Source: an uncultured Oxalobacteraceae bacterium (GTDB lineage: Bacteria; Pseudomonadota; Gammaproteobacteria; Burkholderiales; Burkholderiaceae_D). Taken from it: DNA of 64,000 nucleotides. The notes below the pieces were generated by a model. That model made no database searches and was not told where the DNA came from. It saw nothing but the letters and a program-made list of their open reading frames with translations. Numbering within the stretch: the first letter of the stretch is position 1; each line of letters opens with the position of its first letter. The stretch lies in NCBI GenBank assembly GCA_903914535.1, contig CAIWPG010000277.1, positions 393 to 64,392 on the forward strand, read 5' to 3'. Position numbers and translations under genes: made by a program. Of this stretch, positions 33,362 through 44,052 are shown one piece after another.

Positions 33362-33547
33362 TTATGCACAAAATTAGCCGCTCAGTGAAAATACATATCA
33401 GACTATTGAGAATTATTTAGGTTTATATGTAACATGATGATTTTAAAGGATTAAATATTAGAAATAAATTTTCTTGACATTGGCGGTACAACCCGTTATG
33501 CAAAATTGTTGCGCTGCACTTTAAGACTATTCACAAAGTTATCCACA
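33362..33547 (+). promoter_or_regulatory. DnaA box-IHF site-paired DnaA box module A (datA-like), upstream of hemE
   Basis: TTATGCACA 33362; IHF-like TAACATGATGATT 33430-33442; CTATTCACA-AAG-TTATCCACA 33527-33547; TTGACA at 33474. Confidence 0.7.
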
Positions 33548-33669
33548 GTCGCTAAGTGCTGTTGATACTCCCAGTGCTCACTTGTGGGGCTGTACATTGT
33601 TTTTCGCTGATTTCGCGGAAATCAGGCGATAATAACGGACTGAATTAATCGCTTGATAGAAAGCTTGCT

Positions 33670-34755
33670 ATGTCTAGTTCCTTCGCTCCATTGCAAAATG
33701 ATACTTTTTTACGCGCTTTACAACGTCAACCAACAGAATACACGCCGGTTTGGCTGATGCGGCAGGCTGGTCGTTATTTGCCTGAATACCGTGCGGTCAG
33801 ACAAAAAGCCGGATCGTTTATGAGTCTCGCTAAAAATCCCGACTATGCAACCGAAGTTACAATTCAGCCTCTGGATCGTTTTAAGCTTGATGCCGCTATT
33901 TTGTTTTCTGATATTTTGACGGTACCGGATGCGATGGGACTCGGGCTCTATTTTGAGGATGGTGAAGGGCCTAAATTTGAGCGTACCTTGCGTGATGAAA
34001 AAGACGTTCTGGCTTTGCAGGTGCCTGATATGGCGAATTTGCGTTATGTATTTGATGCTGTTACGCAAATTCGTCAGACATTGAATGGCCGTGTACCGCT
34101 GATCGGATTTTCCGGTAGTCCGTGGACACTGGCATGCTATATGGTTAAAGGGGGGGGGTCAAAAGACTACCGCACTATAAAAAGCATGTTGTACAGCCGT
34201 CCTGATCTGATGCATCATATTTTGCGTATTAATGCACAGGCAGTTGCTACTTATCTGAATGCGCAAATTGATGCCGGTGCGCAGGCCGTGATGATTTTTG
34301 ATTCATGGGGCGGCGTGTTAGCTGATGGTGCTTATCAGGAATTTTCACTGGCGTATATGCGGGAAGTGTTACGTTTGCTAAAAACTGAGAAAGACGGCGT
34401 AAGCATTCCGTCTATTGTATTTACCAAAGGGGGCGGATTGTGGATTGACCAGCTGGCCGATATCGGCGCCGGCGCTGTCGGGTTGGATTGGACGGTTAAT
34501 CTGGGTAAAGCGCGTGAACAGATAGGACATAAAGTGGCGCTACAGGGTAATTTGGATCCGATGGCCTTGTTTGCACAACCAGAACAAATTCGTCAACAGG
34601 TTAAAAATGTCATAAACAGCTTTGGTAAGCCCACAGCAGGTTCCGGTCACGTATTTAATCTGGGACATGGCATTTCTCAATATACTAATCCGGAATCAGT
34701 GACAGTATTGGTTGATGCTGTTCATGAATTCAGTCGTCAGATTCGTGTTGATTAA
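33670..34755 (+). CDS. hemE: Uroporphyrinogen decarboxylase
   Basis: [30 protein letters not shown]. Confidence 0.99.
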   Translation: MSSSFAPLQNDTFLRALQRQPTEYTPVWLMRQAGRYLPEYRAVRQKAGSFMSLAKNPDYATEVTIQPLDRFKLDAAILFSDILTVPDAMGLGLYFEDGEGPKFERTLRDEKDVLALQVPDMANLRYVFDAVTQIRQTLNGRVPLIGFSGSPWTLACYMVKGGGSKDYRTIKSMLYSRPDLMHHILRINAQAVATYLNAQIDAGAQAVMIFDSWGGVLADGAYQEFSLAYMREVLRLLKTEKDGVSIPSIVFTKGGGLWIDQLADIGAGAVGLDWTVNLGKAREQIGHKVALQGNLDPMALFAQPEQIRQQVKNVINSFGKPTAGSGHVFNLGHGISQYTNPESVTVLVDAVHEFSRQIRVD

Positions 34756-34907
34756 AGAAAAAAATGAGAGGGAGGGGAAGCCCGCCCTTTTATTGGCAAG
34801 TTTATTAAAGCGCCAGGTCGGTCTGGCGCGTGTTTTAAGAGTAAATCGGGCTAAAGTCCTTACTGGCATTACATTCCAAGAGAGTCGATTCACCAAATTC
34901 AAATAAG

Positions 34908-35091
34908 TTATGCACAAAAAAATATTTTCTTTTATCTGTCAATATATTTTCAAAATAAATTTAAATATTTTTTTAACTCATTGATTTTAAAGTAAATAAA
35001 TGTATTTTTTTATGTTTTTTAAAAAGATTAACTTACAATTATTTTTCAAAAAACAATACTGCTACTGAGCTTCTCCACAAAGTTGTCCACA
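34908..35091 (+). promoter_or_regulatory. DnaA box-IHF site-paired DnaA box module B (datA-like), upstream of priA
   Basis: TTATGCACA 34908; IHF consensus AATCAATGAGTTA on the minus strand at 34974-34986; TTCTCCACA-AAG-TTGTCCACA 35071-35091. Confidence 0.7.
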
Positions 35092-35279
35092 GATCCTCCC
35101 AGATTAAAATACATGATTAAAACGGTACATGATGCATTTCATCAGAAATTACCTTAACTTGAACGCCTGCATTGATGCTTTTTGTTTTGTGAAAAAATAG
35201 CAGTCAACCGATTTTGTTTTTGTAATGATCATAGTATGTTGTCTGGTTTTATTTGTAATTTTGCATTGATGGAATTACG

Positions 35280-37292
35280 TTGTTAAACGAATTTATTCTT
35301 CAGGTTGTGTTGGATACCCCGGTAGAGCGGGTATTTGATTACCTTTGGTCCGGTAATGAAGTCCCTTTACGCGGACAGTTTGTATTGATAAATTTTGGCC
35401 GCAGGGAATTGGTGGGTTTGATTGTTTCTATAAAAAAAGAATCTGAATTTCCGCGAGATAAACTTAAATCAGTTATTTCTGTACGCAAGCAGCTGAGTCC
35501 TGTTTCTGCAGAATGGATTGCGTTGTGTCAATTTGCAGCAGATTATTATCAACGCCCATTGGGTGAAGTTGCTTTACCTGCAGTTCCTAAAAATTTGCGT
35601 AGTTTAAAAACAGTCGCATTGGATAAAGCATTAAAAAAATTATCGCAGCCGCAGGTTGTGGCACAAGCAGGTCATGCCCCCCCTCTTAATTCTGCTCAGG
35701 AGTATGCAGTACAACAAATTGTGGCTGCAACCGGCTTTAAGCCGGGTTTGCTTTACGGAGTTACCGGAAGTGGTAAAACGGAAGTTTATCTTCATGCTGC
35801 GGAGCAAATTTTAGCGCGTGACCCGGATGCGCAAATTCTTGTGCTGGTTCCTGAAATTAATCTCACGCCGCAATTACAGGGGCACTTACGTGCCCGTTTC
35901 CCTGATCTGCAAGTCGCAACCCTGCATAGCGGAATGGCAGAGGGAGAGCGTACTTTACACTGGCTGGCTGCGCACACCGGGCAGGCCCGGCTGATTCTGG
36001 GAACCCGTCTGGCTATTTTAGCGTCGCTGCCGGCATTAAAACTGATCATCGTCGATGAGGAACATGATCCTTCGTACAAGCAGCAGGAGGGACTACGATA
36101 TTCTGCGCGTGACCTGGCTGTCTGGCGTGCCAGGCAGCTGGATATTCCGGTGATACTGGGGTCGGCAACGCCATCATTAGAAACCTGGCAACATACGATT
36201 TCCGGGCGATACGATAAGCTGAGTTTACCGGAACGTGCCGTGCAAAATGCGGTGCTGCCTGCTATGCGTCTGATTGATTTGAGTAAAGATAAACCGGCAG
36301 AAGGATTAACTTCATCGCTGATATCTGCTTTAAAGCAACGACTTGATAAAGGTGAGCAATCCCTTCTGTATCTTAACCGGCGTGGTTATGCGCCTGTTAT
36401 CGCCTGTGATGCCTGTGGCTGGATGAGTAATTGCCATCGTTGCAGTGCATTTTTAGTTTTGCATAAGCAAGAGTATAAATTACGTTGTCACCATTGCAGT
36501 CTGGAAATGCGTATTCCTAAAGCGTGTCCTGATTGCGGCAATGTGGATATTCAGCCATTGGGACGCGGGACGCAACGGATAGAGGAGCATTTACAGCATC
36601 TCTTTCCTGAGGCGCGCATACGCCGGATTGATGCCGATTCTACGCGATTAAAAGGAAGTGCTCAGGCTGCGTTTGAAACGGTGCACCGCGGTGAAGTGGA
36701 TATATTGATCGGGACACAAATGGTAGCTAAAGGACATGATTTTAAAAACCTGACTTTAGTTGGCATTGTGAATCCGGATACGGCCTTGTTTTCGCAAGAT
36801 TATCGCGCCGGTGAACGTTTGTTTGCGCAGCTGATGCAAGTTGCCGGACGTGCCGGACGTGCAGCACAAAAAGAAGGTGGCAGTACGAGTGAAGTACTTA
36901 TTCAGACACGATATCCACAACATCCTTTGTATCAGGCGCTTAAGTCGCATGATTATCCACAGTTTGCTAAAACGTGTTTAGAGGAGCGAAGTCAGGCTGA
37001 TTTGCCGCCATTTATTTTTCAGGCTTTGTTGCGGGTTGAGTCGAAAGAGTTGGCGACTTCTCTTGAATTTTTACGGAAAGCGGCAAGTTTAGTGGTTTCT
37101 GATGACATTACCGTTCATGATCCTATCCCTATGAGTCTGATGAGAATGGCGAATTCGGAACGTGCTCAGTTACTGCTTGAGTCGCACTCACGCCCTGCCC
37201 TTCAGGCTTTTCTCAGAATGTGGATAACTCAGTTGTCTGCAATAAAACCACGGCTTTCCTGGTCTTTGGAAGTCGATCCGGTTGATATTTGA
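35280..37292 (+). CDS. priA: Primosomal protein N' (replication restart helicase)
   Basis: GVTGSGKTEVY, DEEHD, four CxxC pairs, QVAGRAGR, VDPVDI; TTG start. Confidence 0.98.
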   Translation: MLNEFILQVVLDTPVERVFDYLWSGNEVPLRGQFVLINFGRRELVGLIVSIKKESEFPRDKLKSVISVRKQLSPVSAEWIALCQFAADYYQRPLGEVALPAVPKNLRSLKTVALDKALKKLSQPQVVAQAGHAPPLNSAQEYAVQQIVAATGFKPGLLYGVTGSGKTEVYLHAAEQILARDPDAQILVLVPEINLTPQLQGHLRARFPDLQVATLHSGMAEGERTLHWLAAHTGQARLILGTRLAILASLPALKLIIVDEEHDPSYKQQEGLRYSARDLAVWRARQLDIPVILGSATPSLETWQHTISGRYDKLSLPERAVQNAVLPAMRLIDLSKDKPAEGLTSSLISALKQRLDKGEQSLLYLNRRGYAPVIACDACGWMSNCHRCSAFLVLHKQEYKLRCHHCSLEMRIPKACPDCGNVDIQPLGRGTQRIEEHLQHLFPEARIRRIDADSTRLKGSAQAAFETVHRGEVDILIGTQMVAKGHDFKNLTLVGIVNPDTALFSQDYRAGERLFAQLMQVAGRAGRAAQKEGGSTSEVLIQTRYPQHPLYQALKSHDYPQFAKTCLEERSQADLPPFIFQALLRVESKELATSLEFLRKAASLVVSDDITVHDPIPMSLMRMANSERAQLLLESHSRPALQAFLRMWITQLSAIKPRLSWSLEVDPVDI

Positions 37293-37327
37293 GGTGTCGT
37301 TCCGGAAATAGAGCATTACCGGGATAA

Positions 37328-38914
37328 TCAGCCCGGTGCCGGAGAAAAATAAGGTTCAACCGGCGAGTTATTGTTTCTTGGCAGCCATGAGGGGTGAGGA
37401 TAAAAATGTTGTCTGATCTTGGTAAGAACTGTCTGACGATAAGCCTGGTAATTAAATTGCTGCCCTTGAATAAGATAAAAACTGGCTTCGTGCAATTGAA
37501 TTTCTTTTGTGGATAAGTGCCTGAAATAGGGCTGAAACCAAGATAAATCGGGAGGAGTTCTGCTAATGATCAGGATGTTTTTTTGGTCCAGTGTACGCCA
37601 ATCTGTCAGAAAATCATCCTGACGTCCGTGGTATGTTCCTTCTCCAAATACACTCACTGGCTGACCGGTATAGAACGACAGTACGGCCGCTGGTGAGAAA
37701 CTGGTCATAGCCAGCGTGTGGCCGGCAGTGTAGGGAGTAATTGCAGTTATGAATTCATTCGTTTTTACTGCAAGAACCAAGCTGGCGTAATGCGGACTTT
37801 TTTTCCAGGTTTCAATAGGCAACGAGGAAAGTGTGGCAATGAGTAGCAGATGTAAGGCGGCTATTCCTGCTGACCAGGCGGCGAGTTTTTTTAGTTTGGA
37901 AACCGGTAATGCGATGGCAATCGGTATGACAATAAATGGGGTAAATGCCAGTATCCAGTGCAGACCTATGGTTTTGAGTGTAGACAGCACGGCAAATAGC
38001 ATTAATGGAATGCCGGCAATCCACAGGGCGACCCGCGCTTCCGGCGCCTCAGGCAGAGTGTGACGCAACAGGGTACGATGCTGCCATGCTGCGATAAGAA
38101 CGAAGGGGGTGGCAAGATAGAGAATGGAACCCAGGTATAACAAGGGAGTTTTCCATGACCAGGCGGCATTTTCATTTCTGGTCACTAAATTAAATAATAA
38201 GTTGACCCATGCATGCTGGCTGTTCCAGTACAGGTTGTACAGCGGTGCGGGCGATGAAAATAACAAAATAAATACTAACGCGGTCCAACGCTGCTGATCG
38301 CGGCGGCCGAACAGAATATGCGCGGCAAATGCAATACCAAGCAAGGCGGCAAAGTATTTTGACATGAATGCACAACCCAGCAGTGCACCGGATGCGGCAT
38401 ACCAGCCTGTTGCTGATTTTCGTATGCCGGCAACATAGGCCAGTACCGATAGCAGGGAAAACAGCACCAGAGGTGTGTCGGTGGTAATGAGTATATTCCA
38501 GACATTGGCCGGTTGCAGTACGACCAATAGTCCGGCGAGAACAGCACGTTCTTTGCCGTAGGGTGCTACCAGCCACCATGCGCCAAGGCCCAATATGAAT
38601 GGCAGCAATACGGAGGGCAGACGTAACACCCATTCTGAATGACTAATGGGAAGCAGCCCGGTCAGCCACCAGCCTAGCATGGGCGGATGGTCATAATATC
38701 CCCCTGCCGGATATTTTCCCCATAAAATAAAATAAGCTTCGTCGCCTGTCATGGGAAGTTTGTTTGCAAACCAAAATCGAAATAGCAGAAGCAGTAGTAT
38801 CAGTAATCCGGTAAGCCGGATCAGCCAAGTGTGTTTTTCAGAAGAAACTGACGCGATATCTGATGTGACAGTAGCAGAATCAGAAATACGAAAAAAAGGC
38901 AGTTTGAATGGCAT
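37328..38914 (-). CDS. ArnT/PMT-like (GT-C) membrane glycosyltransferase
   Basis: DEAYF, YDHPPM, TTDTPL, SKY motifs; multiple TM segments. Confidence 0.88.
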   Translation of the reverse strand: MPFKLPFFRISDSATVTSDIASVSSEKHTWLIRLTGLLILLLLLFRFWFANKLPMTGDEAYFILWGKYPAGGYYDHPPMLGWWLTGLLPISHSEWVLRLPSVLLPFILGLGAWWLVAPYGKERAVLAGLLVVLQPANVWNILITTDTPLVLFSLLSVLAYVAGIRKSATGWYAASGALLGCAFMSKYFAALLGIAFAAHILFGRRDQQRWTALVFILLFSSPAPLYNLYWNSQHAWVNLLFNLVTRNENAAWSWKTPLLYLGSILYLATPFVLIAAWQHRTLLRHTLPEAPEARVALWIAGIPLMLFAVLSTLKTIGLHWILAFTPFIVIPIAIALPVSKLKKLAAWSAGIAALHLLLIATLSSLPIETWKKSPHYASLVLAVKTNEFITAITPYTAGHTLAMTSFSPAAVLSFYTGQPVSVFGEGTYHGRQDDFLTDWRTLDQKNILIISRTPPDLSWFQPYFRHLSTKEIQLHEASFYLIQGQQFNYQAYRQTVLTKIRQHFYPHPSWLPRNNNSPVEPYFSPAPG

Positions 38915-38951
38915 ATCACGTAATCAGAAATAGGTGGAATTGACACAGAAC

Positions 38952-38987
38952 CAAGCCAGTGGCATCTTGTTTGATGCCACTGGCTTG
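38952..38987. repeat. 15-bp perfect inverted repeat
   Basis: CAAGCCAGTGGCATC-TTGTTT-GATGCCACTGGCTTG. Confidence 0.8.
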
Positions 38988-39071
38988 TTCCGATACCTAT
39001 CGACTACAGTTTATTTGCTTGGTTCCGACAGGGCCTGATATTTATTCTATGGAGGTGGTTTGACGCATGAT

Positions 39072-40115
39072 TTAATTGGCGTCAATAAATCGGATAATGC
39101 CGTCAATACCAATCTGACGTTGTAGTTTTCCCGCAAACCAGAGTAAGTGTAAATGTGCTAAAGCTTCGCCAAGTGCAAAGGTGAGTTGGTGCGTATCCAG
39201 GGGGCGCGGGAACATGACAGGTACAATATCGGCAGCACTTTTGGGTGTGGCAGTAATGGCCAGTATTTCAGCCAGGCGTGCGGCATGATGTTCATTTAAT
39301 TGAGCAATGCGGGTATGCATGCCTCTGAATGGTTTTCCATGCGATGGCAGTACCAGCGTATTCGGATCCAGAGGCAGATATTTTGTCAGTGAGTCTAAAA
39401 ATTGCTTTACCGGATTTGCTTCCGGTTCGACTGCCCAGACCGATACATTGGTAGAAATACGTGGCAATAACATGTCGCCTGAAATGAGTATGCTGAGTGC
39501 ATCACAGTGCAGCGATACATGTTCCGGTGAGTGACCAAAGCCTGTAATAACACGCCATTCCTGCGCACCTATTGTGATGAGTTGATTTTCTTGCAGACGG
39601 ATGTAAGAGGTCGGTACTTCAGGAACTAAACTGGGGAAATAATTTTTTCGTCCCTGTAATTGTTCGATTAAGTCAGGGTTGATTACCCCGTGGCGTTGAA
39701 AATGCGGAATGGAAGAGGACCCGTCGACACCGGGTAAGGCGGCGTGCATCAGACGGCCAAAACAATATTCACCTGTACTCATCCACAGTGGTGCCTGCCA
39801 GCGCTGACACAGCCAGTCTGCCAGTCCCAGATGGTCTGGATGGCAGTGGGTGGCCAGAATGCGGGTAATGGGTTTGTTATTGAGCACCGTACTAAATATG
39901 GTTTCCCAACTGGCGCGCGTGGCATCGTTCGCTATACCGCAATCAATTACAGTCCAGCCTGCACCGTCTTCCAGCAACCATAGGTTGATGTGGTTGAGTG
40001 CGAACGGTAAGCCCATTCGTAACCAGTATACGCCTTCGCAAATTTTTTCAGCGGTTCCCGGTTCAGGAAGGGTGTCATTAAACGGATAGTCAAGCTGGGC
40101 TTCGGGTAAGTTCAT
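39072..40115 (-). CDS. MBL-fold metallo-hydrolase
   Basis: THCHPDHLG, GHSPEH, GDMLLP, PSHG. Confidence 0.93.
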   Translation of the reverse strand: MNLPEAQLDYPFNDTLPEPGTAEKICEGVYWLRMGLPFALNHINLWLLEDGAGWTVIDCGIANDATRASWETIFSTVLNNKPITRILATHCHPDHLGLADWLCQRWQAPLWMSTGEYCFGRLMHAALPGVDGSSSIPHFQRHGVINPDLIEQLQGRKNYFPSLVPEVPTSYIRLQENQLITIGAQEWRVITGFGHSPEHVSLHCDALSILISGDMLLPRISTNVSVWAVEPEANPVKQFLDSLTKYLPLDPNTLVLPSHGKPFRGMHTRIAQLNEHHAARLAEILAITATPKSAADIVPVMFPRPLDTHQLTFALGEALAHLHLLWFAGKLQRQIGIDGIIRFIDAN

Positions 40116-40220
40116 GGTTGTCTGAATAAAAATGAATCAGGTAGCTGGTCGGGTGTCGTTTGTCGTTTTTTGTTTTAGAAATTGCATATTAGATTTGCCG
40201 CGATTTGCCCTACAATATAC

Positions 40221-40236
40221 ATTACGCTTACGTAAT
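40221..40236. promoter_or_regulatory. LiuR-like operator upstream of liuR
   Basis: ATTACG-CTTA-CGTAAT palindrome resembling the LiuR motif TTACGTwwACGTAA. Confidence 0.6.
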
Positions 40237-40288
40237 AGCGTGAAGTGTTTTTTTACACCCCTTAACTGCCGCATCAGCGGATATAACT

Positions 40289-40735
40289 GTGTCGCTTTCA
40301 TCTAAAACATCAACGACTTATACCATTACCGAGTTATCGCGTGAATTTGATATTACGCCGCGTGCCATTCGTTTTTACGAAGATCAGGGTTTGCTTAGTC
40401 CTAAACGCGAGGGGCCGGGCGGGCGTAACCGGGTGTATACCACGCGTGAACGTACGCATTTAAAGCTGACTCTGAGGGGGAAAAGGCTGGGTTTGTCTCT
40501 GTCGGATATTAAAAGCCTGGTGGATATGTATACTTCTCCGAAAGACACTGCACTACAGATGCAGTGTTTTTTGGCGGTGTTGGCAAGACATCGTGCCGCA
40601 TTGGAACAACAGAGAGAAGACATTGAAGTGTTACTCGGAGAAATCAGCGCACATGAAAAAGCATGTCAGCGTGTTTTGGTGCCAGGTAAAACAGTAAAAG
40701 CAAGTAAGGTTAAGCCGTCAGGCAACCCTGAGTGA
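40289..40735 (+). CDS. liuR: MerR-family regulator LiuR
   Basis: YTITELSREFDITPRAIRFYEDQGLL; LTLRGKRLGLSL; precedes the liu cluster. Confidence 0.9.
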   Translation: MSLSSKTSTTYTITELSREFDITPRAIRFYEDQGLLSPKREGPGGRNRVYTTRERTHLKLTLRGKRLGLSLSDIKSLVDMYTSPKDTALQMQCFLAVLARHRAALEQQREDIEVLLGEISAHEKACQRVLVPGKTVKASKVKPSGNPE

Positions 40736-40798
40736 TGCCATTTCAGCCTGGTGCTGAATAAAATTTGCATAAAAATAAGGTATAAAAAATATTTTGCA

Positions 40799-40822
40799 AT
40801 TGACGTTTACGTTAACGTCAAT
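40799..40822. promoter_or_regulatory. LiuR operator upstream of liuA
   Basis: ATTGACGTTTACGTTAACGTCAAT near-palindrome overlapping a TTGACG -35. Confidence 0.8.
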
Positions 40823-40882
40823 TAAATGTATTATTTTGCAGGGATTAAATCCCATCCAATAACGCTGCATAGTGAGGAACCC

Positions 40883-42067
40883 ATGTTACATCTGCCCGGC
40901 TTAACTTTTGATCACGGTGAGGACATTGCCGCTTTACGTGCCTCGGTACAGCAATTCGCTGCCAAAGAAATTGCGCCGCGCGCCGCCGAAATTGATAAAA
41001 ACGATCAGTTTCCCATGGATTTATGGAAAAAAATGGGTGATTTGGGCGTGTTGGGAATTACGGTCAAAGAGCAGGATGGCGGTATAGAAATGGGTTACCT
41101 GGCACATATCATCGCTATGGAAGAAATTTCCCGTGCTTCAGCTTCAGTCGGCTTGTCATACGGCGCGCATTCAAATTTATGCGTGAATCAAATTAACCGT
41201 AATGGATCGCCGGAACAAAAAGCACGGTATTTGCCTAAGTTGATTTCTGGTGAGCATATCGGCGCTCTGGCGATGTCCGAGCCTAATGCCGGTTCTGATG
41301 TAGTTAGTATGAAATTGCGTGCGGACTGGAAGGGTGATCGCTGGGTGCTGAATGGCTCAAAAATGTGGATTACTAATGGTCCGGATGCGGATGTGCTGGT
41401 GGTTTACGCTAAAAATGATTTGGATGCCGGCTCAAAGGGAATGACGGCATTTTTGATTGAAAAAAACTTCCCGGGATTTTCAATTGCTCAAAAACTGGAT
41501 AAATTGGGAATGCGCGGCTCGCATACCGGTGAATTGGTGTTTCAGGATTGCGAAGTACCGGCAGAAAATGTGTTGGGCGGTTTGGGTAAAGGCGTTAATG
41601 TATTGATGTCTGGTCTGGATTTTGAGCGCACGGTGTTATCCGGCGGGCCGCTGGGGATTATGCAAGCTTGTATGGATGTGGTTGTGCCGTATATTCATGA
41701 TCGTAAGCAGTTTGGTCAGTCGATTGGTGAGTTCCAGCTTATACAGGGGAAAATGGCTGATATGTATTCCACCATGATGGCATGTAAAGCCTATGTATAT
41801 GCGGTAGGTCAGGCTTGTGACCGTGCCAAAAATCCGGAAGCATTGCGCGCTTTACGTAAAGATGCTGCTGGTGCGATTTTGTATTCGGCAGAAAAAGCGA
41901 CCTGGATGGCCGGTGAAGCGATTCAGATTTTGGGTGGTAATGGTTATATTAACGATTATCCGGCAGGTCGTTTGTGGCGTGATGCTAAGTTATATGAAAT
42001 TGGAGCCGGAACCAGTGAGATTCGCCGCATGTTGATTGGCCGTGAATTGTTTGCTGAAACTAAATAG
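40883..42067 (+). CDS. liuA: Isovaleryl-CoA dehydrogenase
   Basis: [34 protein letters not shown]; start ATG 40883 with GAGGA SD. Confidence 0.96.
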   Translation: MLHLPGLTFDHGEDIAALRASVQQFAAKEIAPRAAEIDKNDQFPMDLWKKMGDLGVLGITVKEQDGGIEMGYLAHIIAMEEISRASASVGLSYGAHSNLCVNQINRNGSPEQKARYLPKLISGEHIGALAMSEPNAGSDVVSMKLRADWKGDRWVLNGSKMWITNGPDADVLVVYAKNDLDAGSKGMTAFLIEKNFPGFSIAQKLDKLGMRGSHTGELVFQDCEVPAENVLGGLGKGVNVLMSGLDFERTVLSGGPLGIMQACMDVVVPYIHDRKQFGQSIGEFQLIQGKMADMYSTMMACKAYVYAVGQACDRAKNPEALRALRKDAAGAILYSAEKATWMAGEAIQILGGNGYINDYPAGRLWRDAKLYEIGAGTSEIRRMLIGRELFAETK

Positions 42068-42251
42068 GCAATAAAACGTAGTGATTACGTAATTTTATTT
42101 TATTGATGGCGTAGTTATTTTTATGACGGATTTGTTATTAAATTAAACTGATTCTGTAGCAGCATTGATGTATGCCGTTTGTCGGGGATGGTGATTTTGA
42201 GATATATGTGGTTAAACTAGTAGCCTGGAAACTTTTATAGCGAAATTAACC

Positions 42252-44021
42252 ATGTCTCAAGTTGCCTTTCCAAAATTACTTTCTTCGCAAATTGCATTTG
42301 ATATCGCCCGCACCATACTGGATGGCTTTAATAAGCATTATCGTTTGTTTCGTGCGGTAAGCCAGCAAGCGAAAACGCATTTTGAGTCAGGTGAATGGAA
42401 GGCGGGACAAAAAGCAGCGCGTGAACGTATTTCTTACTATGATCGTCGTGTTGTTGAATGTGTTATTGAACTTGAAGATGAATATCATGAAGAAGATTTA
42501 ACGGATTCCGTGTGGCGTGAGGTGAAATTGCATTACATGGGATTGTTAATTGATTATATGCAGCCTGAGTTAGCTGAGACGTTTTATAACTCAGTGTGCA
42601 CTAAAATTTTACATCGCAATTATTACCATAACGATTTTATTTTTGTGCGTCCGGCGGTGGCGACCGAATACATAGAAAGTGAAACGGCGTTGCCGACTTA
42701 TCGGGTGTATTACCCGGGTAATGACGGTTTGCATGCTGCCTTGTTGCGGATTGTGACTGATTTTCAGCTGGATGCATCGTTCGTAGATCTGGAACGTGAT
42801 GTCAGTGCTATTGAAGCACGGCTGATCGGAATTTGGGGTGCAGATCAGATTGAGCCTAATCATCAGATTCAGGTTTTGTCCAGTTTGTTTTTCAGGAATA
42901 AGGGCGCGTATATTGTAGGTAAAGGGATTAATGGAAACCGGGAATATCCCTTTGTTGTTCCTGTTTTGCATGACCGTCATGGTAAGTTGTTTCTGGATAC
43001 GGTGTTGGTGGAGCCGATACAGATTAGCGTGTTGTTTTCGTTTACGCGGGCTTATTTTATGGTGGATATGGAAGTGCCATCGGCGTATGTGCAGTTTTTG
43101 CGCAGCCTGATGCCGCGTAAACCCCGCAGTGAAATTTATACGATATTAGGTTTGCAAAAACACGGAAAAAATTTATTTTATCGTGATTTTTTACATCATC
43201 TTAAGTATTCGTCGGATCAGATTCAGGAAGCACCCGGTATTCGCGGTCTGGTGATGCTGGTGTTTGCTTTACCTTCTTTTCCGTATGTGTTTAAGGTGAT
43301 TAAAGATAGTTTTCCGCCGCCGAAAGAAACAACGAAGGAATTGATTCAGGAGAAGTATCAGCTGGTCAAAAATCACGACCGGGTCGGACGTATGGCCGAT
43401 ACGCTGGAGTACTCGGATGTGGCATTTCCGCGTCATCGTATTTCCGAGGCATTGCTGGCAGAGATTAAACGTTATGCGCCTTCCATTGTTGAAGAGGAGG
43501 GCAATGAAGTCGTGATTAAGCATTTGTATATTGAGCGCCGTATGGTGCCATTGAATATCTGGCTGTCAGATGCTGAAAAAAAAGGCGATGATGCCGCGAT
43601 GGAGCATGGCATACGCGAATATGGTAATGCGATTAAAGAATTGGTGGCCGCTAATATTTTCCCCGGCGATATGTTGTACAAAAATTTCGGGGTAACACGG
43701 ATGGGGCGGGTGGTTTTTTACGATTACGATGAAATTGAATATATTACTGATTGCAATTTCAGGGCAATTCCGTTGCCTCGTAATGAGGAAGATGAAATGG
43801 CGGCAGAGCCGTGGTATCACGTAGCTAAAAACGATGTTTTCCCTGAGCAGTTTGCGCCATTTTTATTAGGTAACCGTAAAGTACGTACTTTTTTTATGAA
43901 ATACCATGCTGATTTGCTGACGGCTGAGTACTGGCAAACGCATAAGCAACGAATTTTGGATGGTTATGTGGAAGATGTTTTCCCGTATCCGCAAGAATTG
44001 CGATTTAGTTATTTATCTTGA
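42252..44021 (+). CDS. aceK: Isocitrate dehydrogenase kinase/phosphatase
   Basis: [38 protein letters not shown]. Confidence 0.97.
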   Translation: MSQVAFPKLLSSQIAFDIARTILDGFNKHYRLFRAVSQQAKTHFESGEWKAGQKAARERISYYDRRVVECVIELEDEYHEEDLTDSVWREVKLHYMGLLIDYMQPELAETFYNSVCTKILHRNYYHNDFIFVRPAVATEYIESETALPTYRVYYPGNDGLHAALLRIVTDFQLDASFVDLERDVSAIEARLIGIWGADQIEPNHQIQVLSSLFFRNKGAYIVGKGINGNREYPFVVPVLHDRHGKLFLDTVLVEPIQISVLFSFTRAYFMVDMEVPSAYVQFLRSLMPRKPRSEIYTILGLQKHGKNLFYRDFLHHLKYSSDQIQEAPGIRGLVMLVFALPSFPYVFKVIKDSFPPPKETTKELIQEKYQLVKNHDRVGRMADTLEYSDVAFPRHRISEALLAEIKRYAPSIVEEEGNEVVIKHLYIERRMVPLNIWLSDAEKKGDDAAMEHGIREYGNAIKELVAANIFPGDMLYKNFGVTRMGRVVFYDYDEIEYITDCNFRAIPLPRNEEDEMAAEPWYHVAKNDVFPEQFAPFLLGNRKVRTFFMKYHADLLTAEYWQTHKQRILDGYVEDVFPYPQELRFSYLS

Positions 44022-44052
44022 TCCGGCAGCGTAAGCTGCGACACTTTGGAGA

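Noticed and set aside
33362-33547. hemE-adjacent boxes as the true oriC (Caulobacter-like)
   Set aside because: Boxes are all co-oriented, there is no trio-like DUE, and strand bias switches near 28 kb.
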